From Bacteroidales bacterium (GTDB lineage Bacteria; Bacteroidota; Bacteroidia; Bacteroidales; WCHB1-69), in NCBI GenBank assembly GCA_024686335.1, contig JAILCI010000007.1, positions 16,869-80,868 of the forward strand: a DNA stretch of 64,000 bases, written 5' to 3'. Shown in pieces: positions 18,240 through 27,275 of the stretch. The notes under the pieces were generated by a model that ran no database searches, was not told the DNA's origin, and saw only the letters and a list, made by a program, of their open reading frames with translations. The first letter of the stretch is position 1, and each line of letters starts with the position of its first letter. A program made the position numbers and the translations under genes.

Positions 18240-21015
18240 AAAATGCAACACGGGAATAGTTTCCAGCATTATCGATACTTCTTACGCCAATTTTACAAGA
18301 GGTACTTTGTAAGGGAATTTGTAGTCCTGTAGCTGTGTGTGTTAAGTTTGTTGATTCCCAACTTCGTCGTAGACAGGTGTTATGTCCTGTTGTAATGTAC
18401 AACGTGTATTCATAGTTCGATAACCCAGATTGTCCGTCTACCATATTATCCCATTGTCCATAAATTGGGATTCCGCTTAGACGATTTGAGTGGACAGTTA
18501 AAGCAGATGCTTCTATTCTGGTCGGGGTTGGTGGTGCTGTGTAATCCACCTTGACAGAACTCTCTTCTACGTTTGAAAAATTAAAGTTTTCATCTATCAC
18601 GATGGATTTGATTTTGCAATTAGGTTCCCCATTGAAAGCCTGAGTACGCATCAAACATGTGTCATTGCTACCTACTGAAACTATTATAGAAGTGTCTCTT
18701 CCGGCATATGCGTGTAAATTGTCAATAATGATGGGCCCATTGCTACTAAAGCCGACGAATCGGTTTCCTCCTTCTGTCCCAGTGCTTGCAGTGACACAGT
18801 CAAATAACAAGGATTGCTGGCGGAAAAGATAAACATGTAGGTGTGAGGTGTCCCAAAGTATTCGATACTGTTGACTACCATTAGGGAAGGAGACTTTTGA
18901 TACACTTTTTAACATAGTTGTTACTCCATTAGTGATCATGTATAAGGATACCTTTTGTTGAATTTTATCAATACGAAGTTCATATCCGTTCCAAGGTGCT
19001 GAGACATTTTTCTGCAGATGGAAGAAAAAGGAGCAGCAATTATCATTCGGTATATTCAATAGGAATTCGTACAGGTAGCAGTCGGCTTTGGTGTCGTCGT
19101 GAAGAGTAAATAATTGAGCATATCCTTGGGAACTAGCGTATGTCAATTGTTGATTGTTGATCTGCCAATTGCCGTTGTGCTCCCAGACTGATGAATCAAG
19201 ATATGTATTGAAATCTTCATGAAGGAATCCATTAAATGGATTGCCATACCACTGAGAATTATCCCTTTCGGTTATTTGCCAGAATCGGTATTTTATATGT
19301 GTGTTGTCAGTATCTTTGAATTTTAAGGTAAAATTTCTATTTACCCACACAGATGTGTCATGAAGAATGTGCGTGGTGGGTGGTATGGTGTCTGAAAGAA
19401 CACTGGGAGAAGTGTGACAATTCCAATTTGCCATCCATCCAGAATTTTGAGTTGCACAATCGGAGCGAAACTCCACTAATAAGGCTGGTCCAGAAGATCT
19501 TATATGCCCAGGAGAATAAGAGTTCCATCTTCCTAAGCGTGGAGCAGATGGATTGTCGCCGTCATAAATCCAGAGAAAGTCATAGTTTGTTTCGAGATCA
19601 AATGATGTGAAATCCAGCGTGATACTATCAGCGTTGGGGTGTTGAATAAGAAAAAATTGATGTTCATTTGTACCATAATCATTTGAAGCTCCACCTGAAT
19701 CATAAAAAACGCCTGTTAGATTGGTGTCTGTAATAATGTTGGTTGAAGTGTTTAGCAGATGGTAGTAGTGATTCCAATCCCAGAAGGGTCCGGGGTCGGT
19801 GTGCGTTTGGTTTGGGTAATGCTGATGGCCTCGTATTTGAGTACAAGCAGTGGAACCTCCAAGGCTATGTAGTCCGGCATTAAGAACAGTTCCATCATCC
19901 AGTGTGTCACGATAAAAAGTTCGTTGAGTGCTGATGTTTGGTCTGCGAAGGCAAATGTCGCGAACTAAAGCGGCAGATGCCTGATACATTGCTTCGGTGA
20001 AGAAACTGGCTATATTCCCATATGCCTCATGTTCAATGCCTATAGTGTAACTATTAGCTGAGCCTACATGCCATGCTTTGTCTTGCTCTCGTACCATTTG
20101 CGTTATTTGGCCGTCAGAAGAGCGAATTATGTAGTGCGCTGAGGCGTGAGCGTTACAGTTTTGAAACCAAGCTAATGCGCCAGAGTATGTGCCTTGCGTA
20201 TAATGGATTGTTACACCGGTAATTGTTGCACCGTTTCTGCCTTGCGTATAGTTGCAAGATGGTGCAGCTATCCAGTTGGCTCCGCTATAATCCGTATTTG
20301 AATTTGATTCTTTGTCGCTTATATCAATATAATGCTGCCTTAGTTTGTCTATATCTTCTCCAAACAGTTTTTCAAAATCCACATCCCATATTCGATGTGA
20401 GAAGTGTATCATATTGCTGTCCGCAAGAAACCGATATATCTCATATAAAAAGCTATTGATTGGATAGTTATACTCCCAGTTTTTAGAATCTTCTTGATAG
20501 GGGAGTTCCGATAATTTTATGAGAATGTCTTTGTATTTCGAGATGTCTTCAGAGAAGCATTCTCTTCTTTTCTGTAGGGCAGCAAAAGCTTCTGCGTAGG
20601 CTAGGACCGCCTTGCGATTATCTTGCAGTATCTCATCTGCTGAGAAGGAGGATAAACTGTCTACAAGTTTTAGGTTTTCTCGGAAGACACCTTTTCCGTT
20701 GAGAGTTAGACCCATAACGGTATAGGTGCGTGGAATAGAGTGTGTATCGTCATATTCTTCATTATAAATCTCTTCTGTAGAGAATCGCCGGTACTGATAG
20801 GAAATCGCTTCCAGTATTCCCCTTGGCACAGTAGGGTTTTGTCGATATGCATCTTCAAAAAAGTTAGAAATCTTTTTGAAATCCTGCTGAAGTAATTCTA
20901 TTTCATTCGCTTTTGGTGCTGATAGGGATTGTCCATACAACGAGATAATGCATAGGACAATCGGGAAAAATAGTATGAGGGTTTTCTGAGCAGTTTGAGT
21001 AGAGTTAGTTTTCAT
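18217..21015 (-). CDS. Secreted multidomain N-acetylmuramoyl-L-alanine amidase (Amidase_2/PGRP fold) with a CUB-like module
   Basis: I place the start at the internal ATG 21015 ([28 protein letters not shown], a signal peptide). Amidase_2 core: GVTIHYTQG...[18 protein letters not shown]...[18 protein letters not shown]-like segment: [11 protein letters not shown]...[33 protein letters not shown]...[20 protein letters not shown]. Confidence 0.8.
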   Translation of the reverse strand: MKTNSTQTAQKTLILFFPIVLCIISLYGQSLSAPKANEIELLQQDFKKISNFFEDAYRQNPTVPRGILEAISYQYRRFSTEEIYNEEYDDTHSIPRTYTVMGLTLNGKGVFRENLKLVDSLSSFSADEILQDNRKAVLAYAEAFAALQKRRECFSEDISKYKDILIKLSELPYQEDSKNWEYNYPINSFLYEIYRFLADSNMIHFSHRIWDVDFEKLFGEDIDKLRQHYIDISDKESNSNTDYSGANWIAAPSCNYTQGRNGATITGVTIHYTQGTYSGALAWFQNCNAHASAHYIIRSSDGQITQMVREQDKAWHVGSANSYTIGIEHEAYGNIASFFTEAMYQASAALVRDICLRRPNISTQRTFYRDTLDDGTVLNAGLHSLGGSTACTQIRGHQHYPNQTHTDPGPFWDWNHYYHLLNTSTNIITDTNLTGVFYDSGGASNDYGTNEHQFFLIQHPNADSITLDFTSFDLETNYDFLWIYDGDNPSAPRLGRWNSYSPGHIRSSGPALLVEFRSDCATQNSGWMANWNCHTSPSVLSDTIPPTTHILHDTSVWVNRNFTLKFKDTDNTHIKYRFWQITERDNSQWYGNPFNGFLHEDFNTYLDSSVWEHNGNWQINNQQLTYASSQGYAQLFTLHDDTKADCYLYEFLLNIPNDNCCSFFFHLQKNVSAPWNGYELRIDKIQQKVSLYMITNGVTTMLKSVSKVSFPNGSQQYRILWDTSHLHVYLFRQQSLLFDCVTASTGTEGGNRFVGFSSNGPIIIDNLHAYAGRDTSIIVSVGSNDTCLMRTQAFNGEPNCKIKSIVIDENFNFSNVEESSVKVDYTAPPTPTRIEASALTVHSNRLSGIPIYGQWDNMVDGQSGLSNYEYTLYITTGHNTCLRRSWESTNLTHTATGLQIPLQSTSCKIGVRSIDNAGNYSRVAFSNDLLFP

Positions 21016-21039
21016 AGTTGTTATGTTTTCTGTCTGATG

Positions 21040-21047
21040 CAAATATA
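21040..21047 (-). promoter_or_regulatory. -7 promoter box (TATATTTG on the minus strand) for the amidase gene
   Basis: The plus strand reads caaatata at 21040-21047, 25 nt upstream of the ATG at 21015. Confidence 0.45.
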
Positions 21048-21246
21048 CACCAATTCGCTCCTTTTGTCAAGAGAAAAATATTTTATATTTAAATTTTATT
21101 CAAAATATTGAAAATCAGATATAAAATTTAGTAATATTTACTATTAATAGTTAATTTTTCAACTTTTTGGATTATTATTTTGCCTTTCAGTCAATTGAAA
21201 ATCCAATATTTGGAAGATGTTTTGGCGAGGTAAACAAATTTTTATG

Positions 21247-21254
21247 TAAGTTTG
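21247..21254 (+). promoter_or_regulatory. -7 promoter box (TAAGTTTG) for udk
   Basis: taagtttg at 21247-21254, 21 nt upstream of the ATG at 21275. Confidence 0.45.
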
Positions 21255-21274
21255 CACCTCAAAAGATAATCGCC

Positions 21275-21895
21275 ATGTTAGTAGTAGGTATAGCAGGAGG
21301 ATCGGGTTCGGGCAAGACCTCCATCGTCAATAAAATCATTGAAAAATTCCCGAAAGATTGTGTTAGTGTGCTTTCGCAGGACTCTTATTATAAAGATAAT
21401 GGGAGTTTAACACAAGAAGAGAAGGAAAATTTCAACTTTGACCATCCTTCGGCTATTGAGTTTGCATTGTTGAATAACCATGTTAAGGCATTGAAGGCGG
21501 GTCATCCGATCCAGATGCCTACCTATTCATATGTAACATGTGCTCGCGGTGAAGAGACCATCCCTGTAAAACCTAGTAGTGTCCTTATAGTGGAAGGAAT
21601 TTTGATTTTCACCAATCCTGAACTTTGTGAGTTGTTGGATCTTAAGATATTTGTGGATACAGATGCCGACGAGCGTTTGATTCGTATTATCCAGCGTGAT
21701 GTTCAACAGCGCGGCCGCGGATTGGACAAATCTATCCGACACTATAAGCATTTTGTAAAGCCAATGCACGAACTTTTCATAGAACCTACCAAGCGTCAGG
21801 CAGACATAATTATCCCTATTGGTGGTGAGAATGAGAAAGGTATAGATATCCTTACCACCAAGATTCAACATGTCATTGAAAGAGGCGTTAAGTAA
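21275..21895 (+). CDS. udk: Uridine kinase
   Basis: Internal start MLVVGIAGGSGSGKTS (P-loop), followed by SQDSYYKD and FDHP. The upstream extension of the track ORF covers the promoter. Confidence 0.9.
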   Translation: MLVVGIAGGSGSGKTSIVNKIIEKFPKDCVSVLSQDSYYKDNGSLTQEEKENFNFDHPSAIEFALLNNHVKALKAGHPIQMPTYSYVTCARGEETIPVKPSSVLIVEGILIFTNPELCELLDLKIFVDTDADERLIRIIQRDVQQRGRGLDKSIRHYKHFVKPMHELFIEPTKRQADIIIPIGGENEKGIDILTTKIQHVIERGVK

Positions 21896-23173
21896 TTAGG
21901 TCTTTTGTTGTTGCTTCTTTGCAGCGGGGAATAATACATTGTTGAGTATCAAGCGATAACCTGCAGAATTGGGAAATAGATCCAACTCTGTGGGTGGATC
22001 GTTGATAAGGTGCTGGTAATCTTCCGGATCATGTCCAGAGTAGAAAGTCCAGGTGCCTTGTCCAAACTCTCCGTGGATATATCGAGCCTCATTAAAGAGT
22101 TGTGTTTCACCCATGATGGTTACGGTAGGCTTAATCAGTTCCTTACGGAAAGCGGTAGTCTGCCCCATGAAGCCAGGGATGACATTTATATGGTTTTGAC
22201 AGAGCATAGTCGGCACAGGATCCCATTTAGCTGAAAACTCAAAGAGCGTGAAATAGTCATTGGACTTGTTGGTCAGATGGGTGGTAGGATCTACGTCAAT
22301 ATCAGAGACTTCGTATTCGTAAGGATTTGTAACAATGTGGAAATCAGTGAAAGCAAAGCAGTTGTCATAGTTGAGTTTGCTTTGTGCTTGGGGATCCATT
22401 GGGTCGCCATCGAACATGACGTCGCAGATGTCGACGCCTTCTGCGGCGAGGGCAATGTCGTAGCTGTCAGGGCCGGAGCACATAGCGAAGAGATAGCCGC
22501 CGCCTGCTACGAAGTCGCGAATGCCTTTAGCAACAGCGAGTTTCATTTGCGATACTTTAGCGTAACCTAGTTGAGCAGCACGGCTCTCATTTTCCTGAAC
22601 ATCTTGGACATACCACTGTGCGCTGCGGTAGTGAGCCCAGAATTTTCCATATTGTCCAGTAAAGTCTTCGTGGTGGAGGTGAAGCCAGTCATACTTCGGT
22701 AGTTCGCCATGAATCACCTCTTCATCATAGATGACGGTATAAGGTATCTCTGCATATGTCAGCACAAGAGTTACGGCATCATCCCACGGAAGTTTGTTTT
22801 TGGGCGAGTAGACCGCTATCTTAGGCTCTTTGGTGAGACGAATTTCGTTCATATTGTTTTCTACAGCAGCAATTTCGTTCAGAATCTGTTGTGCTGCCAG
22901 ATCGGCGATCACTTGGTATGTAACTCCACGCACCACACATTCATTCTCCACATCGCTATTGTATGCGCACATAAAACTACCGCCACGATAATTTAGCAGC
23001 CAGCTCATGTCAATCTGATGAGCTACGGCATAATATGCGATACCATATGCCTTTAGATGGTTGCTTTGGTCCATATCCATAGGGATAAAAAGATATGAAG
23101 CCTGAACACTGAAAAGGCTCTGTATGAAGAGAATGGTTAAAACAATAGTCTTTTTCAAGTTTCTTTTTTTCAT
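21896..23173 (-). CDS. Secreted hypothetical protein with a class-I glutamine-amidotransferase-like (ThuA/DJ-1-like) nucleophile-elbow motif
   Basis: 425 aa with signal peptide MKKRNLKKTIVLTILFIQSLFSVQA. GGGYLFAMCSGP resembles a GATase1-type elbow. It is the last gene of a four-gene operon and overlaps the upstream gene as ATGA. The function is an inference. Confidence 0.6.
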   Translation of the reverse strand: MKKRNLKKTIVLTILFIQSLFSVQASYLFIPMDMDQSNHLKAYGIAYYAVAHQIDMSWLLNYRGGSFMCAYNSDVENECVVRGVTYQVIADLAAQQILNEIAAVENNMNEIRLTKEPKIAVYSPKNKLPWDDAVTLVLTYAEIPYTVIYDEEVIHGELPKYDWLHLHHEDFTGQYGKFWAHYRSAQWYVQDVQENESRAAQLGYAKVSQMKLAVAKGIRDFVAGGGYLFAMCSGPDSYDIALAAEGVDICDVMFDGDPMDPQAQSKLNYDNCFAFTDFHIVTNPYEYEVSDIDVDPTTHLTNKSNDYFTLFEFSAKWDPVPTMLCQNHINVIPGFMGQTTAFRKELIKPTVTIMGETQLFNEARYIHGEFGQGTWTFYSGHDPEDYQHLINDPPTELDLFPNSAGYRLILNNVLFPAAKKQQQKT

Positions 23174-23961
23174 CTTCTGATCGAAATTTTATGAATTGTT
23201 CCAGATGATAGTAGTACATACCAGTTACTCAATACTTTTGAGAATGAGACCATTTGGTCTAAGCCTATAATCATAGTTGGAGACCAGAGGGTATTTAGGT
23301 TGTTAGAATACAAGTTGTTGTCTTTCAGGAAGTATAGGTTGTTGTTCTGGAGTTGCATGTGTTGAATACCTTGGACAGGAATCCATTTTTGATAGGTGGC
23401 AAGCCGATCAAAAATGGCAAGACCGGTGGCGGAATCGCATAGAATCAGAGACTCAAAATTCTGATCTGCGATAATGTGTTGTGGATGAAAATCTTCTTCA
23501 AACTGGCAATTTACCACATCAGTCTTTTTAAGATCCAGGTCTATAAGGTAGATTTTTTGGTTGGCCTCATCATAGCATGCGATGCGGTTGATTCCAAACA
23601 TGCATGCCAATACGGGATTTCGAATGCCTTCATCAAAAAGGTTGATTGGATTACCGATTTCTGCTAATTTATTGTTCAACAATATAATGGAATTGGCCTC
23701 TTCATAATAGATCATCACTTTTGTCGGGATGGCTGCGTCCACTTTGGAGATTTCTCCCATCTTAGGATTACTATAGTGGAGGCGCAATTTACCATCGGGG
23801 GAATAAAGGTCGAGTCGGTCATTATTCCAGCAGTAGATGTTCTCTTGGATATCGGTAGTGAACTGTTCGTAAGGTTGCAATATAAAAGGTCGCTCTTGCG
23901 CCAAGGCGTTAAGAGCGACTATTATTAAAGGTAGGAATATGCAAACGATACGACGCAGCAT
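23170..23961 (-). CDS. Secreted hypothetical protein
   Basis: 263 aa with signal peptide MLRRIVCIFLPLIIVALNALAQ. I recognise no family signature. The gap to the upstream gene is 3 nt and the overlap with the downstream gene is 4 nt. Confidence 0.65.
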   Translation of the reverse strand: MLRRIVCIFLPLIIVALNALAQERPFILQPYEQFTTDIQENIYCWNNDRLDLYSPDGKLRLHYSNPKMGEISKVDAAIPTKVMIYYEEANSIILLNNKLAEIGNPINLFDEGIRNPVLACMFGINRIACYDEANQKIYLIDLDLKKTDVVNCQFEEDFHPQHIIADQNFESLILCDSATGLAIFDRLATYQKWIPVQGIQHMQLQNNNLYFLKDNNLYSNNLNTLWSPTMIIGLDQMVSFSKVLSNWYVLLSSGTIHKISIRR

Positions 23962-23964
23962 GGT

Positions 23965-25404
23965 TTAGAATTTGAAGCCGATAGTAGCTAAAACTCTATG
24001 ATAAGTGCTGTTTACGCGAGCAGGGTCTACATAATAGGAGTTGTAGAGCCAAACATCGTCTTTAGAAAGACCTAGTACATATGCCATGTCGAAGAATACT
24101 CTCTTAGCGCGGATGCCGAATCCTGCGGAAGCATAGTGAGCACTCCCCAACCTTTTGTCATCAGCCAGTTTGTAGGGAGATGTCTTGAAGTTATAGCCTG
24201 CACGCAGGTAGAGCATTTGAGAGAGAGCTACTTCGCCGCCGATGCGGAAGGAGTGACTGATACCGAATTTTGATACGATATTGTCATTTTCAGTGCTGAA
24301 ACTGTAGTCATCAGCGTTCAATTTTGCCAATGAGTAGTCAACTAGTTCATATTCAGCCGATATGAAAGCTCTTTTGTTGATGATGAAAGCAGCACTAACA
24401 TTAGCTTTCAGCGGGGTTGTAAGGGAGAAGTGGTAGAGATTGTTGTATTCAGAGAACTCGTTGCCACCAGCTGCCCAATTGGAAGAGAAGGAAGCATAGT
24501 AGGAGTCTTTGATTTTCCAGAAGAAAGAAGGAGTTTGGAAACCAACGCCGAAACGGAAGAAGTTAACGGGTTGATAGATCAAACCTAACTTGAAGTTGAT
24601 ACCAGCACCGGTGTTATGTTGTTTGGTTACAGCGGTATAGTTGCTTAGGCCACCGAGGGCTTCGCCACTTGCTGCTGTTTCGGTGATAGTCATCTGTTGG
24701 GTGACATCGAGGACAGGGATACCGATTCCGGCACCGATAAAGAGTTGGTCGTTATAGTTACCGCCAAAGTTGATGGCAATCTCGTCCAAAGCTCCTGAGT
24801 TTCTGATAGTTGTGTTCTGGGCAAGATCTTGGTTGTGGAAAGGACTCCAGTATTGACTGCTGTTACCAGGGATGGTGTCCAGAACCCATGTGTCAAAAGC
24901 CAATTGAGCATTCAGACCCAGGGAAGAAGAGCTGTTGGCAGCATCCAATAGCGGATCAATAAATGATGAACCGGAGATACCTTCTACTCCGTAAGTGTTA
25001 TTATAGTCTTTAAGGCGGTTATATCCGAAACCGAAGTGCCAGTAGCGCCAGTTTGAGTTCTCGCGGTTAATGCTAGTACTGAGTACCAAACCTACTTGGG
25101 GAACGGCGTATCTCATCTTTTTGCTGCTGCGGTTATTACCATAATAGTTCGCTTCATTTTGCAGAATGGAGAGCGACATTGGTGTTATGGAGACTTCTGA
25201 TTTCTTGAACAAACCTATGGCGGCGGGGTTGCTCATAAGAGCGGAGAAGTCGCCACCTACAGCACCGAATGCGCGGCCAGCGCCCATATAGCGGGCAGTT
25301 CCGACATAGTCATTCTGTGAAAAAAGGAATGCATCATTTTCATTTTGGCCTATCAATGCGCTAAAGAAGCTTAAACAGATGGCGAAAACAAGTATTCTTT
25401 TCAT
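23965..25404 (-). CDS. Outer-membrane beta-barrel protein (FadL/TodX- or PorV-like N-terminal signature)
   Basis: 479 aa with a signal peptide. ARYMGAGRAFGAVGGDFSALMSNPAAIG matches the aRxxGmGgAf.A...D.sA...NPAgl motif of FadL-type barrels. Amphipathic segments alternate along the protein, and it ends in ...TIGFKF, a terminal Phe typical of OMPs. Confidence 0.7.
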   Translation of the reverse strand: MKRILVFAICLSFFSALIGQNENDAFLFSQNDYVGTARYMGAGRAFGAVGGDFSALMSNPAAIGLFKKSEVSITPMSLSILQNEANYYGNNRSSKKMRYAVPQVGLVLSTSINRENSNWRYWHFGFGYNRLKDYNNTYGVEGISGSSFIDPLLDAANSSSSLGLNAQLAFDTWVLDTIPGNSSQYWSPFHNQDLAQNTTIRNSGALDEIAINFGGNYNDQLFIGAGIGIPVLDVTQQMTITETAASGEALGGLSNYTAVTKQHNTGAGINFKLGLIYQPVNFFRFGVGFQTPSFFWKIKDSYYASFSSNWAAGGNEFSEYNNLYHFSLTTPLKANVSAAFIINKRAFISAEYELVDYSLAKLNADDYSFSTENDNIVSKFGISHSFRIGGEVALSQMLYLRAGYNFKTSPYKLADDKRLGSAHYASAGFGIRAKRVFFDMAYVLGLSKDDVWLYNSYYVDPARVNSTYHRVLATIGFKF

Positions 25405-25453
25405 CTTTTTATGGTGTTTGATTGGTTATACAATATTGTTGATTACAGGTTTA

Positions 25454-27133
25454 TTATCTGTGTCCACTGCTGCTATGGGAGGAACCACTACTATGTGAAG
25501 AACTGCTGTGGGAGGAACTGCTAGAGCTGTGTGAAGAGCTGCTGTAACCGCCTCCTCTTGAGGAACTTCCGCTGCTATAGCTGCTACGGGAAGATCCAGA
25601 TGAATAGCTACTGCGAGAAGAACTGCTTGGAGAGTAGTTGCTTCGAGAGCTTGAACTATTGTAGCTGCTACGGGAAGAGGAACTCGGCGTGTATCCGCTT
25701 CTAGAGCTTGAAGAACTGCCACTGTTATAGCTGCGGGAGGAGCTGCTGGGAGTGTAGCCACTTCTGGAGCTAGATGAACTTCCGCTATTGTAGCTACGGG
25801 AAGAGCTGCTGGGAGTGTAACCACTGCGATAGCTATTAGAGGAACTTGAGTTGTAACTAGAGGAAGGTCTAGTGGTAGTTGTTCTAGTAGTTCCATTGGA
25901 AGATCTTATAACTGTGGTAGTTGCAGGTCTTGTGGAACTTGTGGTAGCAGGTCTGCCTGTAGACTGAGGAGCTGTAGTTCTAGCCGGTGTTGTTGTCGGG
26001 GTAGATGTTCTAGCCGGAGCAGTCGTGGAAGTTCTAGCTGGTGTGGTAGTAGAAGTTCTAGCCGGTGTGGTAGTAGAAGTTCTATCCGGAGTAGTGGTAG
26101 AAGTTCTGGCCGGAGTAGTCGTCGTTGTTCTAGTCGGAGTAGTAGTGGTCGGAGTGGTGGAAGTGCGTGCAGAAGTGGATGAAGATACGTCTGTTCTGGC
26201 TGTAGAACTATTACGAGAGACGGTTGTTCCAGCGCTTGTACGTGCACTTGGGGTGGTTGCGGCTCCGCTAGGACTGTAGGATGCTGCCAAGGTCTGATAT
26301 TGTTGGTTGAAAGAGCTTGGAGAACTTACAGTAGAGTAGTGGTTGTTATTGTCGTTGTTGATGTAGTTTGAAGCAAATACATCGTGTTCAGTGTCTTTCA
26401 TGCGTCCGCGGCCGTTTCCTACAGACGGTCCAATGCTCTCGCGGTGACCATAGTGGTAGGTGTTGTTCTGGTCGTGGTTGTTGTGATAGAAGTTGCTGGC
26501 CCAGTGGTGGTGATTCCAATAGTCATATCCATGGTGATGGTGCCAAGGATGGTAGTGATGATAGTGGAACGGGTCGTAGTAACCCCAGCCCCAACCATAG
26601 TTGAAACCCCAATAGTCGTAACCATAGTAGTAAGGACGGGTGTAATAGCTTGGCCACCACCAATTGTAACCTAAATAGATGCTGTAGCCCCAGCTATAAG
26701 GGTTATAATCATACCAATAGGTATTGGTGTACCAGGGATCGTAGTAACCCCACCCACAGTAGAGATTGGTATGGAATCTGCGGAGACGAGAGGTGTAATA
26801 GTAGTCGTAATAGTCGTCATTGTCATAAGATGAAACGGCGTATGTCGGACTTTCCACCAAGTAGTCTTTTACTACAGGTTCTGTTGTTCCTGCGTAAAAA
26901 GTCTGGGTTCTCAGCAGATTTCCGTCCTCATCGTATTCATAAACGATGGAGTCAGGTTGCAACTCAGTTGCTTTTGTCGTGGTTTGAGACAGGTCCTGAG
27001 CTGCAGCTGCGGACTTGTATTGTACGTCTCCGGAAGATGAATAAACATCATCGTAGAAAGCATAATTTCCTGTCATACAAGATGAAAGGAGAAATGCTAT
27101 GAAAGCTGATGCGATAATAATTTGTTTTTTCAT
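25454..27133 (-). CDS. Low-complexity lipoprotein: an aromatic/His-rich YxWGxW-type region followed by Thr-rich and Ser-rich tandem repeats
   Basis: 559 aa with the lipobox FLLSSC. The middle region reads GWGYYDPWYTNTYWYDYNPYSWGY...YGWGWGYYDPFHYHHYHPWHHHHGYDYWNHHHW. It is followed by (RTSTTTPA)n, (RSGYTPSSSSRSYNSGSSSSS)n and a His/Ser tail. Confidence 0.8.
   Translation of the reverse strand: MKKQIIIASAFIAFLLSSCMTGNYAFYDDVYSSSGDVQYKSAAAAQDLSQTTTKATELQPDSIVYEYDEDGNLLRTQTFYAGTTEPVVKDYLVESPTYAVSSYDNDDYYDYYYTSRLRRFHTNLYCGWGYYDPWYTNTYWYDYNPYSWGYSIYLGYNWWWPSYYTRPYYYGYDYWGFNYGWGWGYYDPFHYHHYHPWHHHHGYDYWNHHHWASNFYHNNHDQNNTYHYGHRESIGPSVGNGRGRMKDTEHDVFASNYINNDNNNHYSTVSSPSSFNQQYQTLAASYSPSGAATTPSARTSAGTTVSRNSSTARTDVSSSTSARTSTTPTTTTPTRTTTTTPARTSTTTPDRTSTTTPARTSTTTPARTSTTAPARTSTPTTTPARTTAPQSTGRPATTSSTRPATTTVIRSSNGTTRTTTTRPSSSYNSSSSNSYRSGYTPSSSSRSYNSGSSSSSRSGYTPSSSSRSYNSGSSSSSRSGYTPSSSSRSSYNSSSSRSNYSPSSSSRSSYSSGSSRSSYSSGSSSRGGGYSSSSHSSSSSSHSSSSHSSGSSHSSSGHR
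25660..25830 (-). repeat. Imperfect about 63-nt (21-aa) tandem repeat, about 2.6 copies, inside the lipoprotein gene
   Basis: The protein repeat RSGYTPSSSSRSYNSGSSSSS occurs twice in full, followed by a partial third copy. The DNA copies differ at synonymous positions. Boundaries are approximate. Confidence 0.7.
25977..26150 (-). repeat. 24-nt (8-aa, RTSTTTPA) tandem repeat, about 7 copies, inside the lipoprotein gene
   Basis: On the plus strand, units beginning gttcta/gttctg start at 26007, 26031, 26055, 26079, 26103 and 26127. A 30-nt variant unit lies at 25977. Confidence 0.8.
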
Positions 27134-27161
27134 ATTTGCCTCCGTGTATTTTTAAATTTAG

Positions 27162-27169
27162 TATTTTTG
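27162..27169 (+). promoter_or_regulatory. -7 promoter box (TATTTTTG) for proS
   Basis: tatttttg at 27162-27169, 107 nt upstream of the ATG at 27276. Confidence 0.4.
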
Positions 27170-27188
27170 CAAACATTGTATTAGACGG

Positions 27189-27196
27189 CAAAGATA
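27189..27196 (-). promoter_or_regulatory. -7 promoter box (TATCTTTG on the minus strand) for the four-gene envelope operon
   Basis: The plus strand reads caaagata at 27189-27196, 56 nt upstream of the ATG at 27133. Confidence 0.4.
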
Positions 27197-27275
27197 CTAA
27201 AAAGTTAATTCTTTGTTGGATAAAAAAAGTTAGTTCATAATATTAAAAATCCTTAATGTATAAATACTAAAAAGT

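Noticed and set aside
21140-21151. A 12-bp palindrome actattaatagt, with several aatatt motifs, in the amidase/udk divergent promoter region.
   Set aside because: In such AT-rich DNA, short AT palindromes are expected by chance. I saw no second copy or half-site spacing pattern that would suggest an operator.
25426-26674. Alternative-frame ORFs over the low-complexity lipoprotein gene (25426-25896, 25906-26247, 26025-26279, 26384-26674).
   Set aside because: They arise from the repetitive Ser/Thr-coding DNA, which stays open in several frames. Only the 559-aa frame has a lipoprotein signal, a promoter box and operon context.
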